The notes beneath the pieces are model-generated. The model did no database searches and had not been told where the DNA came from. It saw only the letters and a list, made by a program, of their open reading frames with translations. Of a stretch of DNA of 64,000 bases, positions 1-12,096 are shown one piece after another. The position numbers and the translations under genes were made by a program. The DNA comes from Chlorokybus atmophyticus (taxonomy: Eukaryota; Plantae; Mesostigma and Chlorokybus algae). Each line of letters starts with the position of its first letter. The stretch's first letter is position 1. The DNA is taken from NCBI GenBank assembly GCA_009103225.1, contig RHPI01000638.1:186001-250000 (forward strand), read 5' to 3'.

Positions 1-3000
1 CCGCCGGCAAAGACCACCCCGCGAAACTGCTGCAATGTTATACGCCCCTCGAGAAGATCAGACATGGTAACGTCCCATGGCTCCATCCCCGCAGCATGAA
101 AAGCGCTGGCCATTTCACGGTCCCCGTTCACGCCCTCTTCGCGTATGATGGCAACCTTGTGCTTGGCAGCAGAGGCCATCGCGGACGGCGACGTCGCCTT
201 GGGTGTGAACGGCACCTGCCAAATGGGACCTAAACACAGCGCAACTTAGCAGTCAACACTCTTTTTTTTGTTGTTGCAAGTGTTGAGAACGTGTCGTTGT
301 GTACGCTTGATGTTGCAAGCTGGTAACCTACTTTGCCGGAGTTGGAGTCCTTGCTGCTCAGCGGCCACACAACCTGCTTCAGACTGCAACTTCTCCAGCT
401 CAAAACTGGTTTTCTCCCATGCATCCCGTAGCTTGGGCATATCTTCCTATTATCCAACAACTCCACTGCATAAGCATTGTGAAGCAGATCACTCCAAGAG
501 TCCCACAACCTAACGAGATATAATTACCTGAATCACGACAGCGCCTCCAACAGAGATCTCAATGACTGGTGTTGAGGTCGCAATGCCCAGAACTGAGCAT
601 GGTACCTCTGCCTCCCTGAAAGCCGTCAGCACAGCATCCTCATTGCTTCTGGAAACCTGCACAGTACACACATCATCCATCAGCTAACTACTTAAGTAAA
701 AAGGACGCAGTCTTTAAGGCTAGTGCAACCTTGCCAACCTCAAGTACGTATCCCAGCTCTTCTGCAAACAAAGTGCGCAGGACAGAATCACCAGAGCCAT
801 CAGCATGGTTTGTGGCTTCTGGTACTTCCACACGCAGTCCACAGTTGCCAGCAAACGCCATCTCTGCAAGAGCTACTGCAAGACCGCCATCACTAACATC
901 ATGACCAGCAGATATTTTGCGATCCGCGATCAGAGTCTGTACCACAAGAGTATGCGTTAAGGCCAAACAGAGTTTTGCAAACAAAGTAACTCGCGTCAAC
1001 AAGGTGCTCACCTGCATTGTCTCAAACGCACGCTTGAACATCTGAACATCATCCATGTCCGGGCTAGTATCCCCCAGCTGCGACACAGCAGGAGTAAATT
1101 GAATGACTGGCCCGATGCCAAGAACACACAAGCTACCAACAAACCTGCTGATAGACTTGGGCTAAGGAAGAGGCACCAAGCCGGCGACGCCCTGCAGCCA
1201 AGTCGATATGAAGCAGCACGCCATTGTCTCTCAACTTCAAGTCGGGTGTGACGGTCAGGGTAATGTCAGGGCAGGTGACGTAGGAGCTGATGACAAGATT
1301 GCCGGGTGCCATCACGGTTTCGCCTCCAGCCTGAAAACCAAACAGCCAAGCGATACGTTCCATGGTCGGTTCAAGTCCAGACAGCCTCTCCAGACAGGCA
1401 ACTATGTTGCAGGATTTCGAAACCAACCTGTGCTGCCATGGACAAGGAGTCTTTGCCGCCATCAATAGCAACACCCAGCGTAATCATAGCTTCCTTTAAC
1501 GCAATGGCAGCATCATACATGGCAGCGCCTTCTCCGCCAAGCTTGGCAGCATACATCCAGTTACCGCTTGCCTTGACATCTTTCAGAGCAGTTATCTGCA
1601 CGTACGACACCAACATAAGACGCATTGATGCCCTACTGCTCACACAGTTTGAAAGGATGTCAACGCGAGCATGATGCAACGGCTGCATACCTTTGCCCAC
1701 ACCAGATTGGTGAGAGACTCTCCAAGGGCCATGCGCGCCATAGCAGATGAATCTAACAGGCCATTGATAGGCTGCTCGCCAATGGAGATCGCTGCACCGG
1801 TTGTGCCTAGATGGCTTTGCGCTATGACAGCAACATCTGCAAGTGGCAGCTGTAGGGGACCAACTGTCTGTTGCTGTGCAACAAGGCCTGTCACGCACCG
1901 ATCAACCTGCAAAGCATTGTGCTTAGCTACATGCAAGTCACACAACAATAGCCTATGTAACCTCATCATAAGCACACCTTGGTAGTCAAGAAACGCTTGG
2001 AGCACACTGCTGGTAACCGCAAGATGCGCAAAAGCGCCTCTTCAGCAGTTGCTTCTGCTGGGAACTCAAGCGGCACACGCTTCTGCTGTTGGCGCATAAA
2101 TCGGAAGGTCTTGTTAGGCATCTTGCCAAGAACCTGTGACATACGTATACAGAGCGTCAGCTACTTGAACCCCTGAGGTATGCATGATATGCAGTACATC
2201 ATACACTGTCACCTTTTCAAGCTCCAGATCCACCGCAGGAGGGGGCGGAGATACTCCAGCAGCATGGGCTTTAGCTTCTTCAGCAGAGTCAATTAGCGTG
2301 ATGTACCCACGACCGTCAATGCTGCCCAGCACGGCCATGGAAAGTCGTTCACGCTCGCAAATTGCACGGAGCAGACCCTCACTGTCGGGCTTGATCAACA
2401 GCGCATCTTGCTCCTGATACTCCGCTCCCCAGATCTCCAGTACAGACATAGTTTCATCGCCTAAGACAACCTTACGAATGTCAATCTTTGCTCCTTTTGG
2501 ATCTATGATCTCCTTGACCACATTGCAGTTGCCCCCTGCTCCCTGATCATGGATTGACATAATTGGGTTCTTGTCACCAAGCTCCACACACGTGCGCACC
2601 ACGCGGTTGAGCTTGTTGGACATCTCGGCATCGCCACGCTGCACTGCATTAAAGTCCAGCTCCACAGCATTGGAGCCGCTGACCATGGAGGAAGCCGCGC
2701 CGCCTCCCATGCCAATGCGGTAAGCAGGACCGCCAATTTTGACAACCAACATCCCAATGTCTGCGTCAGCCTTCTTGAGATGCCTGTGATCAATCTGGCC
2801 GACACCACCACTGAACATGATTGGCTTCAGCCACTCCCTCCTCTCCCCTGATGGCAATCGCATGCCGTATGTGCGGGTGTAGCCCTGACGTGCACGGCTG
2901 GCTCAGGCAACTTCGAGACACATATATGCGAGCATGCACCGTGAGTGGCCAACAGACAACTTACCTGGATCAGAGGCTCTCCAAACTTGTTGCCATAATC

Positions 3001-5831
3001 TGACGCACCATTGCTGGCATCTATCATGATCTGAAGTGGAGAGGCCAGGTTCTCAGGGTATGCGAAGGAGGTATCTTCCCAGGGCTCTACCTGCTCAGGA
3101 AGCTGCAAAACGTGTCAAGTTAGTGCTCATCTTGGAGCAACACAATGCCAGCCTTCCCAAGCTGGTTGTCTGATTGAAGATCTGAACACACCTGCAGATT
3201 GCCTGTACAGTACCCTGCTGTTGAAGCAACAACAATGGATCCGATACCAGTAGCGTGCGTGTCACGTATTCTGCCTCCCGCCCCCGTTTCAGCTCCCGGG
3301 AAAGGTGCCACCTGTATAGCATGTGATATACTGCACGGCACTTCACTACACGTGAAACAGCATGATACAAGAATCGACTTACGGCGCATGGGAAGTTGTG
3401 CGTTTCAGCAGTAAACAAAATGTCGAGATCTCTGCTATGCTCCTTCAAAGCACTGGGGTGACCTGGCTTCTCTGGCAGAATGCTTGTGACTTCACGCCCT
3501 CGAATCGCACTGCAGATCAGCTCTGGGGTTCATACATACCGCTAACATGTACCATGACGCGCGCAAACTTGCGAACAGCAGACGCCTTGCCTCGAGTTGT
3601 CTTTGTAACCTATGACTGAATTGCTTGGATTGGCCTCCAGTGTATCCATAACAAGCTGCAGCAGTGTGTGCGGCATCTTCTCGCCATCTATCACTAAGTC
3701 ACCCTGCATGGTTTGCGACTCGCTGTCAGGTCGTGCCATATCCTATATGAACACACTCCTTAACAGGTAGTAACTCTCACCTTGAAAAACCAGTGCCGTG
3801 AGTGTTCGCTGTTTGACTGTGCCATGTCAAACAGCTCCACTGTAGTGGGGTCACGCTTGATGTCATCCCTGAACATCTTCGTGTAAAACTGCAGGCTAAC
3901 CAAAGATCAGAAGCTGCAAGGAGCAGGCAAAACGATACATAAACATGCCGCCTACGGGCTAAAAGCGATGACCAACTTTAACCTCAAGGTCCCAATCATC
4001 AAATGCAAGCCCCATGGTTTTGTTGACTTGCTCCAAGGCTTTGCGTCCTTCCTGTAAGGCCACCAGTGAGCTCAGCATGTGCTTACCAGCCTCCAGCAGC
4101 TTTGTCTCAACTGTACACATTGCCGCACCTTCATGACAGGAACACGCACGACAGGTGCTGGCACAGCGTCCACAGCAAATGACGTAATCGGCGCTGGGTA
4201 GACAGTCTCCGTCATTCGATCATGCACCTGCACAACCACAGCATAAACATGCCTTTGGTTGAAAACCCCAGAACCAGGTCAAGCCCTGTGTGCGCAGCAA
4301 GTACAACTCATGCTTAACACCATGCAAACAAGTTACCATAGCAGCAAATGCAGTCAACTCGTCCTGCGTGAGAGGAGTTGCTGTTCGCAGCTTGTACCGC
4401 CGTGAGCGCTCAATGCGAGTGATCTGTAAAAGACCACACGACCGGCAGATCGACACAGCGTTTGCTGACCAGGCTGTTGTGAAAGTCATCCTCGGTCCAA
4501 CCTCCACAATTGAAGCCTCACCTACATCCAAAGCCCTTCAAAATCTCTCTGCTCTTCCCAACCAACAGCAGCGACCAAGACTTACCATCATCAATACTGC
4601 TGTACGGTGTCAGCTTCTCAGGTTCAAAAGTTTCTCGCAGCAGCCACGCCAACGTACTCGCTTGTGTTTCGCTCAACTGTGATGTCACTAAAACATTGAA
4701 ACACTGTTCTGTTTCAATGCCCTCAATAGCCTGTGACACCTTCTGCTGTGCCTGCAAACACAATGCCAACATTGGCGCCATGGGTGCAATGACGTGCACG
4801 CTATCAACACACCTTTCTGATCAAAGCGTCGCTAGCCGCTTCGCTTAATAAAGGCTGGCGATAAAGATGTAGTATCCCCTCTTTACGGTTTTTGAGATCC
4901 TGGACAATCGGCTCCACTGCCTGACAAGAGCCACGACACGCGCATGTATACATCAGTGACAGCTGCACATGTATGATACACATACACAATAACAGCTCAT
5001 GCAAACAACTTTGACACAAATAACATGACATGAGCAGCAGAGACTGCATACCGCTGGCGAGTCCGCTGTAGCAGTACCAGAAGCCACCAACCGATGTTGT
5101 GAACAAGGTTCCCGCGCTAAGGCCTCTTGGTCTTGCCCTATGTGTAGCAGCCAGCACACATGGTTAATCGGATAGACAATGCGGGATGCCGTGATGATTG
5201 CATGTAGCTTTATATAACAAAAGAGCTGCGCACATTGAACAGCTTCGCCTGCTAATTGTGCGTGCGAGCTCGCAAGCCGTATGTTCGTCGAGCGCAAAAC
5301 GTCACGGCGTTGCCGCTGGACTCTGCAAACAGCAAGCATTGGTATCCGTCGTAGAAAGGCTCATCACTACACTCGCAGTTGTTGCTCATCTAACAGCATA
5401 TGCTTTCAGCAATATTCTGCTGATGTATTCATGCCAAGCAGACTCGACTTCACAAGGACCACACCTCCCCCCTCCCCAGCGACTCTACAGCAACTGCCTT
5501 CGCATTGTGAAAACAATGCAACCAACCTTTACTGAACTGCAGTCGTTTGTCAAGCTGCAACAGGGAGTCTCCCACTACAGGCAAACCACCACCCAATGCA
5601 GTGCTTGTAACTTGTAAGTTGCTTGTGATTTAAAGAACAGAATTTATAGCAACATAGTTCGACACGCAGCATGTGTTCAACAAGTCGGGACAACTCCAGC
5701 AGCTGCTCAGTACACCATGCGCACCGCCTCTGGCGGCTGGCATGACTGGCAGCGGATTTGGAAGAAGTGGATGCAGATGCAGCCGAAACAGACACCGCAG
5801 TGCCGGCAGCAGCGACCGCTGCGGGCGCCAT
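1..5831 (-). CDS. purL: Phosphoribosylformylglycinamidine (FGAM) synthase, large eukaryotic PurL; multi-exon, C-terminus runs off the left edge
   Basis: Spliced minus-strand exons give [107 protein letters not shown]. The glutaminase domain KVAIIREEGVNGDREMASAFHAAGMEPWDVTMSDLL..FRGVVFAGG lies at 1-215. Likely ATG at 5831 (MAPAAVAAAG.., Ala/Ser-rich, transit-peptide-like); the ORF-track start at 5852 is a GTG. Confidence 0.96.
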
Positions 5832-6314
5832 GCTTCTCTGCAGCACTGCCACCGCCGCCGCCGCCGCCAGGCCGCCTAAGGAGGCCGTGATGGAGTATGC
5901 TACGCGTTGTGCTCAGCGTAACGCTTCGGCAGAAACACATCACAGCGTCATGGAATGACGACAGTGTGACTCATGACGCTGAGTTTAGGGTTTGCTGCTC
6001 AGTTGCTGTGCCATTGCGCATGCTGCTAGCTACCGTGTAGGCGAGGGGAGCTGCTTGCTTGTTTGTTGGGCGGGAGAGGTGCAGTTGGCGATGCATGTTT
6101 GTGCTGCTGAGGGCAGAGCTGATGGACAACCAGCTTGAGCAGCGGATCTAGCATTTGCACGCTTGGCTGAGCTCTGAAGCATGGCTTTGTAGCCCGGGCT
6201 GCTGCCCACATGGAGCGCAGCTTCTTGAGCTCAGCTGCACTTCTATATTTCATGCTTGCTCCGTGCTGCATGATAAACTAGTAGTTCAGATTATTATCGT
6301 GTCGTTCTTCAAGC
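5832..6314. promoter_or_regulatory. Divergent (probably bidirectional) promoter region between purL and XPO7
   Basis: 483 nt between opposite ATGs. Contains TGACG/CGTCA x3 and TGACTCA (5946-5978) and a telo-box-type TTTAGGGTTT (5984-5993). Promoter function is inferred from position only. Confidence 0.55.
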
Positions 6315-9300
6315 ATGGAGAGCCTGGCTCAGTTGGAAGATCTCTGCGAGAGGCTGTACAAGTCGCAGGTACGCTCATTGCGCATACTGTTGCTGCTATC
6401 GTTTATTGTCTATACGTTGCTGCTGTGCATGTAGCTGCAGCTGCAATTTGTACATGCAAGTGCGAGCACTACTTGTGGTATGGGTTCTGAGCTTGCAGGC
6501 TGGGAACCAAGCAATGTCAACTTGATGTATATTAAATTTCACGCTTGTTGCGTCTTGCTGTGGCTGATTAACACAACGGCAAGCTACCGCAGCTGACATC
6601 ATTGTTATACAACGCTTGTGTGGAGTTGATGCCGTGGTCAAGCCTCTGGGATCAGCTTACACCATGCTTGCACCTCAATTCATGAAGCGATAGTGGTGCT
6701 GAACATGTGTTCTTGGGTTTTTACCAGGATCCACAGGAGAGACAGCATGCAGAGCGCACGCTGGCTGTGTTCAGTGTCAACCCCGAGTACATTAGCCAGT
6801 GTGAATACATCCTTACCAGTTCCTCCTCACCATACGCACAGCACCTCGCCTCGTCCAGTCTTGTGAAGCTGATCAGCGACAACAACATCGCCCTGCAGCC
6901 GCGTTTACAAATACGTGAGTTCAAGAGTAAACCTCTTGAACCTCTTGAACAGGCTCACGTTTGCAGTTTCCTTGTCAACTGTGCACGATTGCCGTTTACT
7001 TCGTACAATAGGTTGTGCACGCTTGACGAAGACAAGGTCAACAACTGACACTCTGTACAGGCAACTTCGTTCTCAACTACCTCTACACGAATGGACCCAA
7101 GTTGCAACCATTCGTCACGATATCGCTCGTGCAGCTATTGTGTCGTCTGACAAAGCTTGGATGGTTTGATGACGATCAGCACAGGGAGATAACAAAGGAG
7201 TCGATGAAATTTTTGACGCAGGTACTTCACACTGAACTGTGTTAAATTTATTTCTATAACAATCATTGGCGAGCTGCCATTAAGCAGCAATGGTGTATAC
7301 AATCATGCAAATGCTTGGCGTCTTTGTGTACAGCGTGCTGACCTGTATGCTTGCTGCAGAGTTCACAGCCGCATTATCTTCTTGGTTTGAAGATCATTAC
7401 TCAGCTGGTAGCAGAAATGAATCAGGTGGCAAACTTTGTTTTTTCCGCTTCCAACTGATTCTGTGAGTTTATTGCCTGATGGCTCACACTGTGATGCAGC
7501 CAAATGCTGGTAGACCGTTGACAGTGCACCGGAAGACGGCCGTTTCATTTCGAGATCTTGCACTGTATGAGATCTTCCAAATCTCCTTGACGTCTTTACG
7601 TCAATTGCAGACAGATGGTATGTGTGAGGACAGCTTTGTATTTGCAGCGGCTGCATGATCTGTGTTTGGAGCGCATGTGTGGTCAATGGTCACGGTCAGT
7701 TTCAGGCTGACAATTACTCGTCTGCAAGCTGCTGATGTAGGGTTGCGGGAACAAGCGCTCAATCTGTCATTGAAGTGCCTGTCGTTTGACTTTGTTGGCA
7801 CATCATTGGATGAAAGCACGGAAGACCTTGGCACGATACAGGTGCGTAGTCAGAAAAAGCTGGCATTTTCCCTCATCATATCAATAAGCACGTGTGGATG
7901 AGTTCCAATGTGTCTACACTTGCGGCGTTGTGGCTGCACTAGTGTTGTGGGCAAGACTCCATGACTAGCGTCACACAGCAATGCCGACAACTTTGCAGAT
8001 ACCATCTTCGTGGCGACCAATACTAGAAGAACCGAATACAATGCAGCTGTTCTTCGACTACTATGCAATCACGGCACCTCCGTTGTCAAATATGGTGAGC
8101 GCGGTGGCTTTACCATATGTTGCCTTCAGCTTGGTTGGGTGGCTAAGTACTGTGGGCAGTGCTTTTTGCTGCAGCTACACCACTGTTGCGTTTACAGGCA
8201 CTGGAATGCTTGGTGTGGCTGGCTTCTGTAAGAAGATCCCTCTTTTCCAATGAAACAGAGCGTTCCAAGTTCTTGAAGCGCTTGATCAATGGCACTCGTG
8301 AAGTTTTGCGTACTCAGCACGGTACCCTTGCAATTATAGCATCATTTCGCACGTCTGCACTTACTACTACAATGAAATACCTACGAGTTTGGGCCTTGCA
8401 TATGCACGTGAAGATGACTTTGGCCTTGCGTGGAAGCATGCCTGTCACGTCCGTATAGATATTGATGCTTAGCTGCCCTTTGCTTGGCACATGCAGGCCT
8501 GGACCAGCACGCCAATTACCATGAGTATTGCAGGTTGCTCGGCAGGCTAAAGACCAACTACCAGGTTTGAAATCGTAACCTCCTTGTCTGTACTCACCTC
8601 GCACTGCCAGGTGAGTCTATCAGTGTTCTAACCAACATGTGCCTTGCTGCAGTTGTCTGAGCTTGTCAGCGTTGAGAACTACAGTGAGTGGATTCAGCTA
8701 GTCGCTGACTTCACAATCCGATCACTTCAGTCTTGGCAGGCAAGTTCAAGAAACCATGCATCAGTGTCATTCAGTTCGCGGTGCTCATGACACTGTGGAC
8801 GCAGTGGGCAAGCGGCAGTGTATATTACTTGCTGGGACTTTGGTCGCGGCTTGTGTCCTCCATGCCATACCTGAAGGGTGATTCACCAAGTTTGCTCGAC
8901 AACTATGTGCCCAAGATCACCGAGGCTTATATCACATCTCGTCTTGACTCTGTACAGGTTTGCAGATGTCTATGCGGAACCTGGCATGTTCACAGCATAC
9001 TTGGAAGCTTTGGTTGATCTCTCTCTCTGTTGTGCAGGCCGTTCTCCAGTCAAACTTCACTGACGATCCACTTGACAACGAAGAGCAGTTGCAGGACCAG
9101 TTAGACAGCCTGCCATACCTTTGCCGCTTCCAGGTTATACACGCTGAAAGTTTGCTACAGTTTTGTCAATGCAGCTGACCCTTTTGTTGTGCAGTATGAG
9201 AAGACAACTGAGTATCTCACAACACTACTGGAACCAGTCCTAACGGCATACACGGTGAGTATCGCATTTGCCTGTTGTTCAGCAGGTGTTGCAACTTTGC

Positions 9301-11774
9301 AATTGCATTGCAACCCTATATGTTTACAGGACTTCTCGCGAGCGCAACCAGCCAGCTTGGATCCCATTCGCTTACAAGTTTGTGAGGGTCAGCTCACCTG
9401 GCTGGTGCACATCATTGGGGCCATCATTCGCGGGCGCATCAGCTCTAGCAGGCACGCCTAACATAACACCATCACTGCATGCATGTGCATGCGCAGTAGG
9501 GCAGCAAGGTTCTTAGACAGCATCCATGCCGCAGGGATTCTCTGGATCCTCGGTTGCTCACCCAGAATGGAAGGTGCCTTGTTTTCACCATGAGAGTGGA
9601 TGAGCGGTCCAGTTTCATTAGTGGCATGTCATGGCTTGTGTTATGGCACCTTGCATTACCACCCTTCAACAACCCAGCTGACCCCGTATTCTGCCTTGCA
9701 GCACTGAGTCGCAGGAGGTCATAGATGGCGAGCTTGCTTCAAGAGTTTTCCAACTCATCCAAGTGACAGATACAGGCATTCACAGCCAGGTGACTGCAGT
9801 GCTGCCGGACTCCCATACAGGATGTGTTTACGATGCGTGGAAATACTCCTTTGCCAAAAGACATGTCTGAGTCAGCATGTGCTTTTGTGCTTGCAGAGGT
9901 ACGCCGAGCGAAGCAAACAGAGGCTAGACATTTCTATTCTCTCGTTTTTCCAGAATTTCCGCAAAATATACGTGGGAGAACAAGCGATGCACTCATCCAA
10001 GGTTAGCTTGACCATACAGGCCATACTTGTGCGAGCTGCTCACCTGGGTGTTACGTTTTCAGCAGGTGTACACCAGGCTGTCAGAACGTCTGGGCTTGGC
10101 AGACCACCTCATGGTTCTGAATGTCATTATTGGCAAGATAGCGACAAACCTGAAATGTTTTACACAGGTACCAACCTCACTGACTCCTGCAAGCTGCAAT
10201 GCATCATGACGCTGGCAGGGGCTTTGAGCCAGTGGCACCTTGCATTTGGGTCATTTCTCTCATGTGCATGCGCTGTCGCAGTGTGAAGAAGTCATTGAAA
10301 TGTCGTTGAACCTCTTTCAAGATCTGGCTGCCGGGTAAGTTGCGTGGGGGTTAGCAGAACAAGTTGATTGGCTAGCTGGCATCTGACAAGCGTGTCAGGT
10401 ATATGAGCGGGAAGTTGCTCCTCAAACTAGACGGAATCAATTACATACTCGGCAACCACACAGTAAGTAGCTGCTGGCATGGTTGCACTTGGTTGATTGA
10501 CAGAATCAACTGACTGGCAGAGGGAACACTTTCCTTTCCTGGACGAATACCGCAACACGCGGAACCGTACTATATTCTACTTGACATTGGGTAGACTACT
10601 ATTCATGGAGGACACCCCCCAGAAGTTCAAAGCATTCATGGCTCCGTTGCAGCAAGTGTTGCAAATGCTGGCGGCTACAACAGCTGACAACTTTCGCACC
10701 GATGGAGCAAAGTTCGCGTTGATAGGGCTATTTCGCGACCTCAGGGGCATTGCGATGGCAACGAACAGCAGACGGACATACGGGTTGCTCTTTGACTGGC
10801 TGTACCCAGCACACATGCCTGTTCTGTTACGCGCGGCGGAGGTTTGGGCAGACACGCCAGCAGTAACAACGCCGTTGCTGAAATTTATGGCAGAGTTTGT
10901 GCTGAACAAGACGCAGCGCCTTACCTTTGACTCCTCCTCACCCAATGGCATCCTCTTATTCCGTGAAGTCAGCAAGCTGATTGTTGCATATGGCACGCGC
11001 GTGCTTGCCCTGCCAACAGGGCCGGACCCTTATGATCAGAAGTATAAAGGGATCTGGATCTGCCTCACCATACTCACAAGGGCGCTTGGCGGCAACTATG
11101 TGAACTTTGGCGTATTTGAGCTCTATGGTGACCGCGCCTTGGCAGATGTGCTTGACATTGCACTGAAGATGGCACTGTCCATCCCGCTATCAGACATCAT
11201 GGCGTTTCGCAAAGTTGGGAAGGCCTACTTTGCACTTCTGGAAGTGTTGTGCCACAACCATGTGTCTGTCATCGCCGTTCAAGACATGGCTACCTTCACG
11301 CACCTCGTGTCTTCTATTGAAGCCGGCCTCAAATGTTTGGACGTCAGCATATCTTCCCAATGTGCATCCGCGATAGATAACCTTGCAGCGTTCTACTTCA
11401 ATAGCTATGTTTCTGCCGTGACAAGCGGTGAGGTGCCACCTCCTGCGGCACAGAGCATGGCCAAGCATCTCGTTGAGTCCCCGCAGCTGCTCCCCGAAAT
11501 CCTCAAGTCCCTATTTGAAATTGTTCTGTTTGAGGACTGCGCCAACCAGTGGAGTCTCAGCCGACCCATGCTGAGCCTGATACTGATAAACGAGCAGATC
11601 TTCAACGAGTTGAAAGCGCAGCTGCTTTCGTCGCAACCTCCCGACCGCCAGCAGAAGCTCCTCGTGTGTTTTGACAAGCTAATGGCCGACGTCTCGCGCT
11701 CGCTGGAGTCCAAGAACCGCGACAAGTTCACGCAAAACTTGACAGTCTTTCGCCATGACTTCAGAGCAAAATGA
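6315..11774 (+). CDS. XPO7: Exportin-7 / RanBP16-17 family karyopherin, multi-exon
   Basis: Exon 1 MESLAQLEDLCERLYKSQ (6315-6368), then [119 protein letters not shown]. Terminal exon ends LESKNRDKFTQNLTVFRHDF, stop at 11772-11774. These match recalled plant/animal XPO7 motifs. Confidence 0.95.
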
Positions 11775-12096
11775 GAAGGTTGCTCTGTCCTCGTGTGATG
11801 CTGTTTGCATGCTCATCTGTACAGCGTCTTGCACATTGCTACAGACAACTGACGCACATTCGCGACACAGTGTTACCAGCCCAGTGTTGTGACCACCAAC
11901 TCAGCCCCAAGTTCCCTGGCAATATGTGCTCCATTGTACAATCTGACACTGGGTCTGTATGGATAGATTCATCATAACACTCGGAATGCACGCAAAGGAA
12001 CAGTTTAGTTACCACCCACGCGCAACCATGTGTTGCTATGGTTAATCACCACCTGATACTGTTGGCTGTATTGGGGTTGCTTATTGGCAGATCGAG

